64,000 bases of DNA from Mobula hypostoma. Lineage: Eukaryota. A program made the position numbers and the translations under genes. Of the stretch, positions 24,660 through 37,533 are shown in pieces (position 1 is the first letter of the stretch; each line of letters begins with the position of its first letter). The stretch is taken from contig NC_086097.1 in NCBI RefSeq assembly GCF_963921235.1, forward strand, positions 177,074,001 to 177,138,000, read 5' to 3'. The notes under the pieces are model-generated. The model searched no databases. It was not told where the DNA came from and saw only the letters and a program-made list of their open reading frames with translations.

Positions 24660-25675
24660 CTCCAAACTAGAAAGAGCACAGAGAAGATTGATGAGGATGT
24701 CAACAGAACTTCAAGGACTGAGCTATAGGGAGGGGTTGGTTAAGCTAGGAGTTTTCTCTTTGGAATGTAGGGTGATCATATAGGAGTGCATAAAATCATG
24801 AAAGGCATAAATGGAGAAAACACATTTAGTCTTTTCTGGGGGAAGGAGAACTAGGGACTGAACATACTGTATAACATAGAACATAGAAAATAGAACCTAG
24901 AGCATAGAACATAGAACATAGATCAGCACATCAACACATCAGCCCAAAACATAGCTTTGGCCTCTTTTGCCTGCTCTAAGATCAATCTAACCCTTCCCTC
25001 CCACATAGTCCATTTTGTTTTTGTTCATGGACCTATCTAAGAGTCCTTCAAATGTCCCTAAGGTACCTGCTTCTACCACCACCTTGGCAATTCCACTATC
25101 TGTGTAAGAAACCTTCTCCTGAGGTCCCCCCATACCTTCATCCAATCACCTTTCAAGGATGTCCACTTGGATTAGCTATTGGCACCCCGGATTAAAGGCA
25201 CTGGCTGTCCACTCTAACTATTCCTCTTATCACCTTATACACTTGTGTAAAGTCACCTCTCCTTCATCTTTGGTCCAAAGAGAAAAGCCCTAGCTTGCAC
25301 ATACTCTCCTTACAAGACATTCATTTTAATCCAGGCATCACCCCGGAAAACCTCTTCTGAAGCCTCTCTAAAGCTTCAACGTTCTTCCTATAATTAGGTG
25401 ACTAAAAGGCATGGATCTGAAGTGTGCATTTCACTTCCTGAGCATTTAAAGGAGACCTGAGGAGTAGGGTGGAGTGTGTATGGAATGAACTGCCAGATGA
25501 GGTTGTAGGGGTGAGTACAGTCGCAACATTCGATGAACATATAGATAGCTACATGAATGACAGGGTTTTGGAGTGATGTGGGCCAAACATGGCAAGTGTG
25601 GCTGGATTGGTAGGCACTCCGGTCAGTGTGGATGGGTTTGGCTGAGGGGCCTATTATCCCACTGTATTACTCTAT
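24660..25675. mobile_element. Old + strand CR1 3' fragment with a nested - strand CR1 (~24873-25405)
   Basis: CR1 C-terminal coding remnants on both strands; (catagaa)n tail at ~24875-24921. Confidence 0.7.
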
Positions 25676-26929
25676 TTCATTTATTCATTTTCACTGGAAA
25701 TGAGTGACACTGACAAAACCCGCATTTATTGTCCCAAGAATTTGAGGGCATAGGTTTAATATGAGAAGGGGAAGATTTAAAAAGACTTGAGGTGCAATTT
25801 TTTTAGGTAGAGTGGAAATCTTACGGAATGAGCAACCAGAGCAAGAGTTTGAAGTACTTGAATAATATTTAAAGATAAATGGATAAGAAAGGTTCAGAAG
25901 GTTATGGATAAACACTGGTGAATCTTTGAAAGGGTCAAAACAAAAAAAAAACAAAATCCTTCAGTCAAGGCCAAAATTTGAAACTGGTGACCGCTTGATG
26001 CAACACCAATGGAGTGCTGCTCTTTTAGTGTCATCGAATCAGTCCACCTTCCCTTGTTCTTCCCACCTCACCCTGTAAAATTTCATCCCTTCAAGTATTT
26101 ATTCTATTCCTTGCAGATAACAGCTGAACACAAATGCTTTTTATTTCTTCACCATTTAAAAAATATAGCGCCTTACTGTTTTTCCCATGAAAAGCTCAAC
26201 CATAATCTCACTGAATTATAAAACAAAACTCAAAGCACATTCCTATGTCTTAATTCAATCTCTTAAATTCACATTTTGAGTTTGCCCTAGATAGATTCAG
26301 CAATACTAATAAGCTTACTTAAGTGAATACTGCATTATTTATCTGCCGGAGTTCATCTATGTTGCTCTAAATCATTCTATAAAATCAAAGTCAAAATCAA
26401 GTTTATTGTCATATGCACAAAAACTGTACATGAATGCGGAGCTACAATGAAGAACTTGCAGCAACATAGAAACATAACAACACGACCTTATCTGCTATCA
26501 TAATTATATGTGCTGTGTGTTGTGTGTGACTTGGTTCTGTGTTTTACACCTTGGCCCAGAGGAATGTTGATTCATTTGGCTGTATTCATGTGTATGGTTG
26601 AATGGCAATTAAAATTGAACTTGAACTTGAAGGCACATAGCATCAGTCACACAGCATTCACAAAAAAATAAACATAAATGAAACATAAACACAAAGTTTT
26701 CCAATGAAGAATATTCCTGAGTGATGGAGAATTTAAAGATAAATATGAACATCACTCGAAAAGGTTACTGGCAAACTCAACCAGGATTAGAGTGGTTCTT
26801 AAAATAATGAATGACTAAGTGCAAATGGTAAGGCTTTTGCTCCTGGGACAGAGTCCAAAACTGGAGGTCGTCAAAGATAGGCAGTAATAAATCTTTATCA
26901 GGAATTCAGGAGAAACTCCATTCCCAGCA

Positions 26930-27200
26930 TCATTAGGTATGGTAATTGCATGCCTGTAACCACAAGAAACTGCAGAGAGTTGTGGACACAGCTCAGCACA
27001 TCACGGAAACCAGCCTCCCCTCCATGAACTTCACTTACACTCCTCACTTCTTCAGTGAAACAGCTAACATAATTAAGTACACTATTCACCATGGTCATTC
27101 CCACTTCTCCCTTATCCCCTCAGGCAGGAGTTACAAAAATCTGAAATCACGTACCACCATGCTCAAGGACAGCTTCTATCCCACTATTACAAGAATCTGA
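26930..27200 (+). mobile_element. Rex1/Babar-type LINE 3' fragment
   Basis: KKLQRVVDTAQHITETSLPS...PSGRSYKNLKSRTTMLKDSFYP. Confidence 0.8.
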
Positions 27201-27679
27201 ATCAGGCTTACATGACATGAATTTTGTTACTTTGCCCAGCAGGAGAGGGTACTCTAGAGTATGAAGGTAGAATGAAAGGACATCCCTTTAGAACTGACAT
27301 GAAGAAATGTACATGTAACCATAAATTTATTTACCAATTTCTTCTGGCAAGGGGTAGTGAATCTGAGGAATTTGTTGCCACACATATCTGTGGAGGTCAA
27401 GTCACTGGGCTTATTTAAAGCAGAGATAAATAGGTTCTCGGTTGGGAAGGAGGTTAATAGTTATGGGGAGAAAGTGGAAGAATGCGGGGGTGAAAAATCA
27501 GCCAATCAGCCATGATTGAATGTCAGTAAAGACTCAATGGTTCGAAGAACCTAATTCTGCTCCTATTTCTTACTGGTCTTATCTTAGGTATAAAGGAGTA
27601 AGAGAATAGAAGGATGAATACAAGAGATTCTACAGCTGTTGGAAATCTTGAGCAATAGGTCAGGCAGGATATTGAAGCC

Positions 27680-28666
27680 CTCCATTGGTTGAGGTTAACC
27701 ACGGACTGTGCCTCCCAGCTGTCTACATGATAGACAATCTACTACACAAGCCTGTGCAATACGATATGGAGAGCAAGTTGTTGCCCTCGTAGGAGGCTTC
27801 CTCTCTCCACACAGCTGATGAATCCAAAGGAACGGCAGAAACTGATACAGTTTGGCATGAGCAGCATTACAGGAGTTGCTAGTTAGCATTGAACTCAATG
27901 TAGGACTGCCTTAAGTATTCCAGTTCCAGAATTTTTTCTCAGCGTTTACTCCCGAAGCATTCCCCATAAGCGGGTATAGCCACAAAGCTGAGGGGGTTTG
28001 AGATCAAGCAACACACATAAAAGTTGCTGGTGAACGCAGCAGGCCAGGCAGCATCTCTAGGAAGAGGTGCAGTCGGCGTTTCAGGCCGAGACCCTTCGTC
28101 AGGACTAACTGAAGGAAGAGTGAGTAAGGAATTTGAAAGTTGGAGGGGGAGGGGGAGATCCAAAATGATAGGAGAAGACAGGAGGGGGAGGGATCATTTT
28201 GGATCTCCCCCTCCCCCTCCAACTTTCAAATCCCCTACTCACTCTTCCTTCAGTTAGTCCTGACAAAGGGTCTTGGCCTGAAACGTCGACTGCACCTCTT
28301 CCTAGAGATGCTGCCTGGCCTGCTGCATTCACCAGCAACTTTTATGTGTGTTGCTTGAATTTCCAGCATCTGCAGAATTCCTGTTGTTTGGGGTTTGAGA
28401 TCAGATATTTCCTTCTCCTAGATGAGATGCCAGATATAGCTGACAAAACCTTTCTGCCTGAAGCAATTGGTTTTAAGGCACAGATAATCTGCCTTTACCC
28501 CTTCTGCTATCAATAGAAATCATTAGTAGTGAACCACACGTGAAAGCCAGAAGCTACACCTGATCGCCAGGGGCTATTTGAGACACACACCATTGAGAGC
28601 ATTTAGTCGGTAGTGGGAGTTAATCCCCACTACCACCCCTGGCTGTAACAACATTAAGGAACCAGG
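27680..28666 (-). mobile_element. RTE-related non-autonomous retroelement split by a Penelope-like insertion
   Basis: tccttctcctagatgagatgcc...gctgac resembles the reverse complement of RTE 5' UTRs (recalled); sequence is continuous across the 14-bp duplication at 27993/28390. Confidence 0.55.
28007..28389. mobile_element. Young Penelope-like insertion made of two inverted pseudo-LTRs
   Basis: Arms 28004-28169 and 28193-28358 are near-perfect reverse complements around a 23-nt spacer; flanking direct repeat ggggtttgagatca (27993-28006, 28390-28403). Confidence 0.9.
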
Positions 28667-29339
28667 CAGCATCTGTGTAAGGAAATAAGCAATCGATATT
28701 CAGGCCGAAACCCTTCATCTGAAGGAAATGGTAACAGGGACGGGATAATAAAGGGGGAGAGGGACATAACCCATGAACCCAGTATGGACTGATAGAGCCA
28801 ACTTGCCTGTTCCTAAACTGAGAATCTACTTGAAGTTTGGAGCTATTAGCAGAAAATGGATAGGAATGCCAACACAGAGGTTACAAATAACCAGACCATC
28901 AATCCTTGCCAAAACTAATCAAGCTGCTTCACATACAGGAGGTGAATCACATTTCTGGCACATTTGTTTCATATTCCACTGAGCCAGAACCAGCATTCTG
29001 GGGATTGAACAATTAGCATTAATTAGGTGCAGATAATCTGCACACATTCCCCCATCCAGTCTTGGCCAGAGTCCTTATTTGAATCATTTCACTTTGCATA
29101 TTGAAAGGCTGTTTCCCCATCATGTCTTTACTGGCTATTTGAATGATGTCCCCATTTAGTCCTTTGCATTGTTCCTATATTTATTGGTCTGATTGGGATT
29201 AATATTATTCCAACACTAAATCAGACATTGGATTCCCGAACTAGCCTCTTGCTTCTAATATACTTATAAAAGGGATTCTCCTTAATCCAATCTCAGAGGA
29301 GCTTTGTGTTCCTGCATAAACTTGCCTCCAATATTCACC

Positions 29340-29685
29340 CTCTGCTGCTCCCTCCAGTCTCCATTTTCCAGTTTCTTTTGTCTGCCTTCATCTGTCATCC
29401 ACCTCTGTCACCTTCCTCTGCCCTAACCCCTCACCCACCTACCTGCCTGCATCTACCCATTTTCCTTCACCTCCACCAATTACCTCAGGCCCCTGTCACA
29501 CTCCTCCTCTCTCACCTCTCCATACCAGCCATCCCCGTTCTCCTCTCTCAGTCCCGATGAAGGGTCTTGACCCAAAATATTGAACGTTCCTTCCCTCACA
29601 CAGGGGCTGCTCAACCCATTGAACTCCTCCACCAGATTATGTATTGCTCCAAGATTCCAAAAGCTACAGTCCCTTGTGTCTCCAT
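29340..29685 (+). mobile_element. Old Penelope-like pseudo-LTR fragment
   Basis: Pyrimidine tract, then cagtcccgatgaagggtcttgacccaaaatattgaac (decayed hammerhead). Confidence 0.65.
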
Positions 29686-30289
29686 GGTCTTCCTTAACTA
29701 TGTTTGCCAAGACCATATTACATCCTCTTTCTGTCTTCCCAATTTAAGCATTCTCCTACTTCTCTTATAGACCTCTTGGAACTCACTCAAGACCAGGTGC
29801 CTATATCTGCTTCCTTCTCGTTCCCGATCAAACCTTCCATTTCCTTTGTTAATTAAGGTTCCATAATCTTACCATTTTGCTTCTTGTCATTACTAACTCT
29901 TTTAAACCCCTCCAAACACACCCCCACCATACCCCTCCCTCTTCTAGGCTGTTTCAGATGTTGCTTTTCTCTCTAGTAACTGCTCCCAATCGACATTAAC
30001 CAGGTTGTGCCTTACACTGTTGAAATCAACCCACTTCCAATTTGAGACTTTAACTCTTGGACCACTCTTATCTTTCTCAATGACTACCTTACAACTTACT
30101 ATGTCACCGTTTCCACAGGGTTGCCCATCCTCATTCCCTTGGGTAAGGCTACATGCAGGCCCTCTCTCTAAAAAGACTCTTTTAAAAACCCTGTAGAATG
30201 TCCTGTATTTTATGAATTCCACCCCATATAAGCCCCTTACAGAAAGGCAATCTTAATCGACATTAAATGAGTTTATTGAATATGGAAAT

Positions 30290-30790
30290 AGAATTGGAAT
30301 TGGTTATTATTGTCACATATACCCTGGCACTGAGAAAAGCTTAGTTTTTCAAGCTGTCTGAACAGATAATTTCAAAACATAAATACATTGACATGGTACC
30401 AAAGAACAAAACAATAACAGAATAGAGTTACAGTTAGAGAGAAAGTGCAGTGCAGGTAACAGTAAAGTGCAAGGGTCAAGATGGGATAAGTGGAGAGGTC
30501 AAGAGTCCATCTTATCATACTAGGGAACCATTCAAAATTCTTAATAGAGCAGGATAAAAGCTGTCCTTGAGCCTGGTGGTACGTACTTCCAAGCTTTTGT
30601 ATCTTTTGCCCATTAGAAAGGGGGAGAAGAGAGAATGTACAAGATGCATGGGGTCCATGATTATGTTGGCTGTTTTTCCAAGGCAGTGGGAAGTGTAGAT
30701 GGAGTCCATGGATGGGAGCCTGATTTTTGTAATGGACTGAACTGTGACTACAATTCTCTGCAATTTCTTGCAGTCTTTTGCCGATGATTA
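30290..30790 (-). mobile_element. Rex1/Babar-type LINE 3' fragment
   Basis: ORF 30515-30763(-): LPSMDSIYTSHCLGKTANII..P.H...GKRYKSLEVRTTRLKDSFYP. Confidence 0.8.
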
Positions 30791-31039
30791 TTGCCACATG
30801 CACAAATACAGGTAGGTACAGATACAATGAAAAACTACATCACAGATACGTAAGTGCAGGCGACAGACAGAACATAAATAACAACATAAATTAAACATGA
30901 AATACTGAGAACATTAGAAGTCCCCACTATTAAGCCTGTGTTTTTACACTGACTTACCTGCATACTTGCTCTTCTAATTCTCGCTGATTATTAGGAGACA
31001 AAATATATAACCCCATCAAAATAATGATGTCTTTCTTCT

Positions 31040-31314
31040 CTCGTATCCTCTCGTATCCCCTTTTGCCTATCACCTGTCCAGCTCTTGGCTCTATCCCTCC
31101 CCCTCCTGTCTTCTCCTATCATTTTGGATCTCCCCCACCCCCTCCAACTTTCAAATCCCTTACTCACTCTTCCTTCAGTTAGTCCTGACGAAGGGTCTCG
31201 GCCTGAAACGTCGACTGCACCTCTTCCTAGAGATGCTGCCTGGCCTGCTGCGTTCACCAGCAACTTTGATGTGTGTTGCTTGAATTTCCAGCATCTGCAG
31301 AATTCCTGTTGTTT
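31040..31314 (+). mobile_element. Young Penelope-like pseudo-LTR insertion
   Basis: Near-identical to 50307-50540 and the 28-kb arms; flanks atgtctttcttct (31027-31039) and atgtcttccttct (31315-31327). Confidence 0.88.
31181..31216 (+). ncRNA. Minimal type I hammerhead ribozyme, intact core
   Basis: agtc-CTGACGA-agggtctcggcct-GAAA-cg-TC-gact: stem I agtc/gact, stem II hairpin, palindromic mini stem III, GUC triplet. Confidence 0.8.
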
Positions 31315-31619
31315 ATGTCTTCCTTCTTTCTAAGTTCCCATATCACCTCACTGAGGATATCCTCCAGGATATCCTCATTGAATGCAGCTATAAAGTTCTC
31401 GCAGTGTTAAACACCCACCATTTCTGAATCCCTCTCTGTCACCCGAGTTTCTTTTTGTAATCTTGTTTGGTGCAAGGTGGCTGCTGCATGCCCCATATTT
31501 ACACTGACTTAAAAGTTGCCTTGCAAGGTTTCTTGAGGCCTGAAAGGAACTAAGAAATGGCAGGTCTTTTTGAAGTGAAGCTTCTGTCCTGGGGTAGAGT
31601 TAACATCATGTGAGTTGTA

Positions 31620-33415
31620 TAGGACTAAAAGAAGCATAGACAGAGTGAACAGCCTTTTTTTTTAGGGTAGCAACAGTTAATACCAGAGAACCTCCTTCAA
31701 GGTAAATGGAAAAAGTCTAGGGGAGATGTCAGAGGAAGGATTTTACACACAGACTAGTAAGTTTCCTGAAAAGCACAGCCTAGGGTGGTGGTAGAAGCTG
31801 ATACATTACAAACATTTAAGAGGCTCTTAGATGGGCACATGTATGTAAGACAAATGGAAGGTTAAAGGTTGTTTAGAAGGGAAAGGTTTAGAGTACATTT
31901 CTATAGGTCAACACGATATTGTGGGCCATAAGGCCCATACTGTTCTGTACCATTCAATACTCTGTTCTATGAATCAAACACCTCTTCCACCCAGACATTC
32001 CCTGTTCGCCTCCCTCCCTTTGCACAGAAGGTACAGAAGCTGAAGCACATTCCACCAGGCTCAGGACAGCTTCCATGTTACTGTTGGAAGACTACTGTGA
32101 GTGCAAGAGTCCACCTTATTGTTAATCTCACAATCTACTTTGTTATGGACATGCACCTTATTGTCTATCTGCAGTGCACTTTCTCTGCAACTATACAATT
32201 TTATTGTGCATTCTGTTCATGTTTTCCCTTGTACTACCTCAATGTACTGTTGTAATGAAATTATACGTATGGATGAAATCCAAAAAAAAAAAGGTTTTCA
32301 CCACACCTCATGTGACCTCATGTAATTTACCACTTTCCAATTTAGGACATAGAACACTGAAAACCTACAGCACATTACAGGCTCTTCGGCCCACAATGAT
32401 GTGCCGACCATGTAACCTACTCTAGAAGCTGCCTAGAATTTCCCTACCGCATAGCCCTCTATTTTTCTAAGCTCCACGTACTTATCTAACAGTCTCTTAA
32501 AAGACCCTATTGTATCAGCCTCTACCACCTTCGCTAACAGTGCATTCCACTCACCCACCACTCTCTGTGTGAAAAACTCTCTGGCATCCCCCTTGTACCT
32601 ACTTCCAAACACCATAAAGCTATGCCCCCTCATGTTAGCCATTTTAGCCCTGTGAAAGAGCCTCCGGATATCCACACCATCAATTTACTACCTTTTTTTC
32701 AGTCAGGGCTTTTAAACTATAGCTCCACCCATCAGCAGTCTCCTGTATCCAACGCTACCAGACCATAGTTCTGTGGGAATGTGACCTTTCGAAAGGAGAA
32801 ATCAGCAAGTCAATATTATGAGGCCTGCAAGACTATATTGCCCATATTCTTCTGGAGATGATATTGAGAATCTTTGCTGTTGTTCAATATTTTCTTACAC
32901 CCCATCCTATAGAAGATGATTATGAGGAGCCCTGAGTGACTTCCAGCCATGTGCATTGAAAGAGTACAGAGAAAATTTACAAGGATGTTGCCAGGACTGC
33001 AAGGCCTGAGTTACAAGAAAAGATTGAGTAGGTTAGGTCTTTATTCCTTGGAACGTAAAAGGTTGAGAGGAGATTTGACAGAGGTATACAAGATTGTGAG
33101 AGGTATAGATAGGGCAAATGCAAGTAGGCTTTTTCCACTGAGTTTAGGTGGGACTACAACTTTAGGTCTTGGGTTAAATGTGAAAGTTGAAATTTTTAAG
33201 GGGAACATGAGGGGAACCTTCTTCACTCAGAGGGTCATGAGGGTGTCGAACGAGCTGCCAGTGCAAGCACGATTTCAACATTTAAGAGAAGTGCATGGAT
33301 AGTAAGGGTATGGAGGGCTATGGCCCCTGTGCAGGTTGATGGGTGTAAATGCTTCAGCTCATACTAGATGGGCTGAAGGGCCTGTTTCTGTGCTGTACTT
33401 TTCTATGATTCCATG
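31620..33415. mobile_element. Cluster of LINE 3' fragments: CR1 (+, ~31620-31970), Rex-type (+, ~31980-32310), CR1 (-, ~32348-32678), CR1 (+, ~32948-33415)
   Basis: ORFs 32433-32675(-) and 32949-33302(+) carry CR1 C-terminal motifs (ERKRLRGDL, FFTQRV). Confidence 0.8.
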
Positions 33416-35043
33416 TGAATAATTCAGCTCTTCTGAGCACTTGCAGTCTTCCACCATCCAGTAATGCAAGGCATCCTGTCTCTGAGTCAAATTAGTTAAT
33501 GAACATGGAGAAGCAACCTAGTTTCACTCTGTTGGAACTAATATTGGTAATTGGTTTATTACTGTTATGTGTACCAAGATATAGGGCAAAGCCTTTTGTT
33601 TGCATGCCATCCAGTCAGATTATTCCATAGACAAATATATCAAGGAAATGAGACTGCAGTGTACAGTGTTTCTGTTACAGCTTAAGTGCAGAGCAGGTAG
33701 ACAAATAACATGCAAGGGGTACACCAAAAGAGATTAGCAGATCAAAAACTCATTTTTAGTGTATAAGAAGTCCACTCAAAAGTCTTATAACAGAGGCATG
33801 GAGGCAGTCCTTGAGTCTGATAGTACATGTGTTCATGCTTTTGTATCTTTTGTCTGATGGGAGAGGGAGAAGAGAGAATGTTCAGAGTTGGAAGGGTCTT
33901 AATGTTCAACTGATAAATTGATCAATTGGCATAAAGATAAAAATTTGTAACAGACAATGGGAACATGCTAAATTTCTTCAACCTCCTGAGGAGGTAGAGG
34001 CATTGGCGAGTTTTCTTGGCAGTGATGTCTTTGTGGTTGGACCAGGCTATGCTTTTGCTTCCAGTTCATTCCTGGGAACCTAAAGCTCACAACCTTCATG
34101 AATTAGATGGTTTCTTTCTATGCCATACGGAAATATGTGTGAGATCTGAAGAAGCTGCTTGAATTGGAGTGGGTTGGAAGGACTACAAATCAGCAGACAT
34201 TTGGCTCTGGACCTGAGTGCATAATTACAAACGTAAAGGACCAGACTATGGTGCCCAGAGCATAGTTCAACATTTGCAGCTGACGTTTAAAGAGCTGCCT
34301 TGTCAATATTTATTTCTCAAACAATAGTCATCTGGTCCATCTTTCATCGTTGTTACAAACTCCATTCACTGGCAGCAGCTTCAACCGCTTTTCTACATTT
34401 ATTCATTGTTTAGGATCTGGGTAGCAATAGGATCAGCCAGTAATTATTGCTCCTCTCCAACTGCTCAAAAAGCTGAGGGTGAGCCCTTTCCTGAAAGCTG
34501 TAAACATTGAGCGGAAGAATAGCAAATGAAGTGTAATCCTGACAAGTGCAAAGTGATGCCTCTTGGAAAGACTAACAAGGGTAGGATGTAGGCAGAAAAT
34601 GTTAGGGCCTTGGGGAGCGTTGATGAACAGATGGAACATGGTGTATAGTCATAGAGTCACAGAATTGTAGAACAGAAACAGGCCCTTCATCCCGACTCAT
34701 CCATCTTGACTCAGTTATTCCCAATTGCCTGTGTTTGGCCCATATCCCTCTGAACATGCCCTGTCCACGCACCTCTCCAAATGTATTTTAAACATTGTTA
34801 TGTACCTACCTCTACCACTCCCTCTGACAGCTCGTTCTATTTGCCACTAGAAGAAAAAATTGCTCTTCAGGCCCATTTTAAATGGGAAAGATTTCCCATT
34901 CACCTTAAATCTCAAGTTTCAGAGCCCCTGCCCTGGGAAAAAAGGCTGCGTCCATCCAGCTTATCTATGCTCCTCATTTTATAAACCTCCATAAGGTCAC
35001 CCCTCAACCTCTTACATTCTACAGTCACAGTCTATCTAGTCTT

Positions 35044-35770
35044 AAACAAGAGAAAATCTGCAGATGCTGGAAATCTGCGCAACACACACAAAATGCTGGA
35101 GGAACTCAGCCGGCCAGGCAGCATCTTTAGAAAAGAGTACAGTCAACGTTTCGGGCGAGACCCTTCTTCAGGACTGGAGAAAAATGGTGAGAATTTAGAG
35201 CAAGAAAGTGGGGTTAGGGGAGGAGGAAATACAAGATGGTAGGTGATAGGTGAAACCGGGAGAGGGGGAGGAGGTGAAGTAAAGATCTGGGAAGTCAATT
35301 GGTGAAAGAGATAAAGGGCTGGAGAAGGGGGAATCTGATAGGAGAGGATAGAAGGCCATGGAAGAAAGGGAAGGGGAATGAACACCAGAGGGAGGTGATG
35401 GGCAGGTCAGGAGATAAAGAGAGAGAGGGAAACAGGATTGGGAAAAGGTGAGTGATGGGGTTGGGGAGGCCAATACTGGAAGTTCGAGAAATTGATGTTC
35501 ATGCTATTAGTTTGGAAACTACCCAGACGGAATACGAGATGCTGCCCCTCCAACCTGAGTGTGGCCTCATCGCAGCAGTAGCGAAGACATGGAATGAAAT
35601 GTCGAGTGGGAATGGGAAGTGGAACTAAAATGGGTGGCCACTGGGAGATCCTGCTTTTTTTGGCAGACGGAGCGTAGGTGCTCGGCGAGGCAGTCTGCCA
35701 AGCTACACCGGGTCTCACTGATAGAGACCACACCGGGAGCACTGGACACAGTATATGACCCCACAGACTC
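35044..35770 (-). mobile_element. Penelope-like element 3' part (GIY-YIG end plus pseudo-LTR)
   Basis: ISETRCSLADCLAEHLRSVCQKKQDLPVATHFSS; EATLRLEGQHLVFRLGSFQTNSMNINFSNF; terminal aaacaagagaaaatctgcagatgctgg. Confidence 0.87.
35141..35175 (-). ncRNA. Minimal hammerhead ribozyme, intact core with GUU triplet
   Basis: Minus strand reads agtc-CTGAAGA-agggtctcgccc-GAAA-cg-TT-gact. Confidence 0.7.
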
Positions 35771-36019
35771 ACAGTCTATCTCGTCTCTCCTTATAATGCA
35801 AGCACTGCAGTCCCAACACATTCCTTGTAAATCTTTTCTACACCCTTTCCAGCTTACTGCTATCCTTCCGATGCCTGGATGACCTGAAATGCACACTATA
35901 CCCCCAGGGTAGTCCCAGCCAGACTGTTGCAAAATGTGTCCCAATTCCTGTACTTAGAGCCTAGACTAATAAAAGCAAGCATGCCTAATGCTGTCTTCAC
36001 CACCCTGCCTGAAGCCAAC

Positions 36020-37360
36020 CGAACAGTGGATAAGGTAGTGAGGAAGACGTGTTGTCCATTTGCCTTCATCAGCCATGGCATAGAACATAAGAACGGGGTC
36101 ATCATGTTACAACTTTATAAAGTATTGCTTTGCCCATACTTCAAGTATTGGTAGAGTTCTGGTGACCACACACAAGAAAGAATTCAGTTGTGCTCGAGAC
36201 AATGCGGCGGAGATTCGTAAAGATAATGCCTGGATTGGAGCATTACGATAATAATGAAAAATTGGATAGGCTGGGTTTGTTTTACCTGGAGCAAAAAGGG
36301 TTAAGGAATGGCCTGATATAAGCCCTCAAAATTTTGAGGGGGATAGATACTGCAGGTAGTCAGAAATTATGTTCTATGGTGGTGGTGTCTGAGGCAAAAG
36401 GACATACTGTAGGTTTAAGGTGAAAGATAGGAAGCTTATTTGGATCTGAGGGGGGATTGTTTCACACAGGAGGTTATTGAACATGGGAATCTGCCACGTG
36501 AAGAGGTGATGGAGGCAGATACTCTCAGAATATTTAAGACGACAAGCACTTGAATCATCAGAATATTAAAAAAAGCCCGCAATCCTATTGCAGATAAATG
36601 GGATTAATCTAGATAGATAAAATAGGTGTTATGGACATGGTGGCTTAAAGGACTGTTCCTGACCTATATGGCTCTAACATCCACAATCTTTCTGCTTAAC
36701 GTGCTCGCAGAGTGTTGGTGGAGAGGGGGTTCCAGGATTTGGGCATCTACTTCCTCAGGAGGCTAAACAAGTGTGACATGTCACCTTGGAACCTCACCAA
36801 TTTTTTAATCAATGCACCACAGGAAGTAACATTTCTGGATGTATCAATGCTCAGTATGGCAATTGCTCTGCTTGTCACCGTAGGCCAGGCAGAGAGTTGT
36901 GGACAGAGTTCAACACATCATGGAAACTATCCTCCCTTCCATGCACTCTGTCAACACCTCTCACTGCCTTGGTGAAGCAGCCAACATAATCAAAAACCCC
37001 ACCCACCCTGGACATTCCCTCTGCTCCCACCTCCCATTAGGCAGAAGATCAAAAACCTGAAAGCAGGTACTACCACACTCAAAGATGGTTTCTACCCTGT
37101 TAGAAGACTATTGAATGGTTCCCGACTATGATAAGATAGAACCTTGACCTCAAGATCCACCCTGTTATGGCCTTGCACCTTATTGTCCACCTGCACTGCA
37201 CTTTCTCCATAGACGATATACTTAATTCTGCATTCTTCTTTTGTTTTCCCTTGTACCGTACCACCTCAATACACTATTGTAATGAATTGAATTGCATGAA
37301 CAGTATTTAAGACAAGTTTTTCACTATACCTCAATACATATGACAATCATAATCTAATTT
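36020..37360 (+). mobile_element. Old CR1 3' fragment (~36020-36680) followed by a Rex1/Babar-type 3' fragment (~36740-37360)
   Basis: AFISHGIEHKNGVIMLQLYKVL; YFLRRLNK, then the shared Rex-type 3' UTR. Confidence 0.75.
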
Positions 37361-37432
37361 ATCATCTTAAGCTAGGTCCTTCTAATTGTAAACTTAGCCC
37401 TCTATTTTATGACCTAAGTCTTTGTGTTCTAC

Positions 37433-37533
37433 GCAAACACGAGGAATTCTGCAGATGCTGGAAATTCAAGCAACACACATCAAAGTTGCTGGTGAACGCA
37501 GCAGGCCAGGCAGCATCTCTAGGGAGAGGTACA
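37433..37533 (-). mobile_element. Penelope-like mini-insertion (pseudo-LTR part downstream of the ribozyme)
   Basis: Matches the terminal ~100 nt of the young PLE family; perfect 9-bp TSD gtgttctac (37424-37432, 37534-37542). Confidence 0.85.

Noticed and set aside
27808..27860. ctgatga...gaaactgatacagtt as another hammerhead
   Set aside because: Stem III is possible, but stem II does not close next to GAAA and stem I does not pair; it is also antisense to the presumed element.
28024..28338. Recurrent ORF MLVNAAGQAASLGRGAVDVSGRDPSSGLTEGRVSK (also 30991-31263 and 50127-50522) as a multicopy small gene
   Set aside because: It is the antisense reading of the PLE pseudo-LTR, starts at TTG rather than ATG, and recurs only because the repeat is young.
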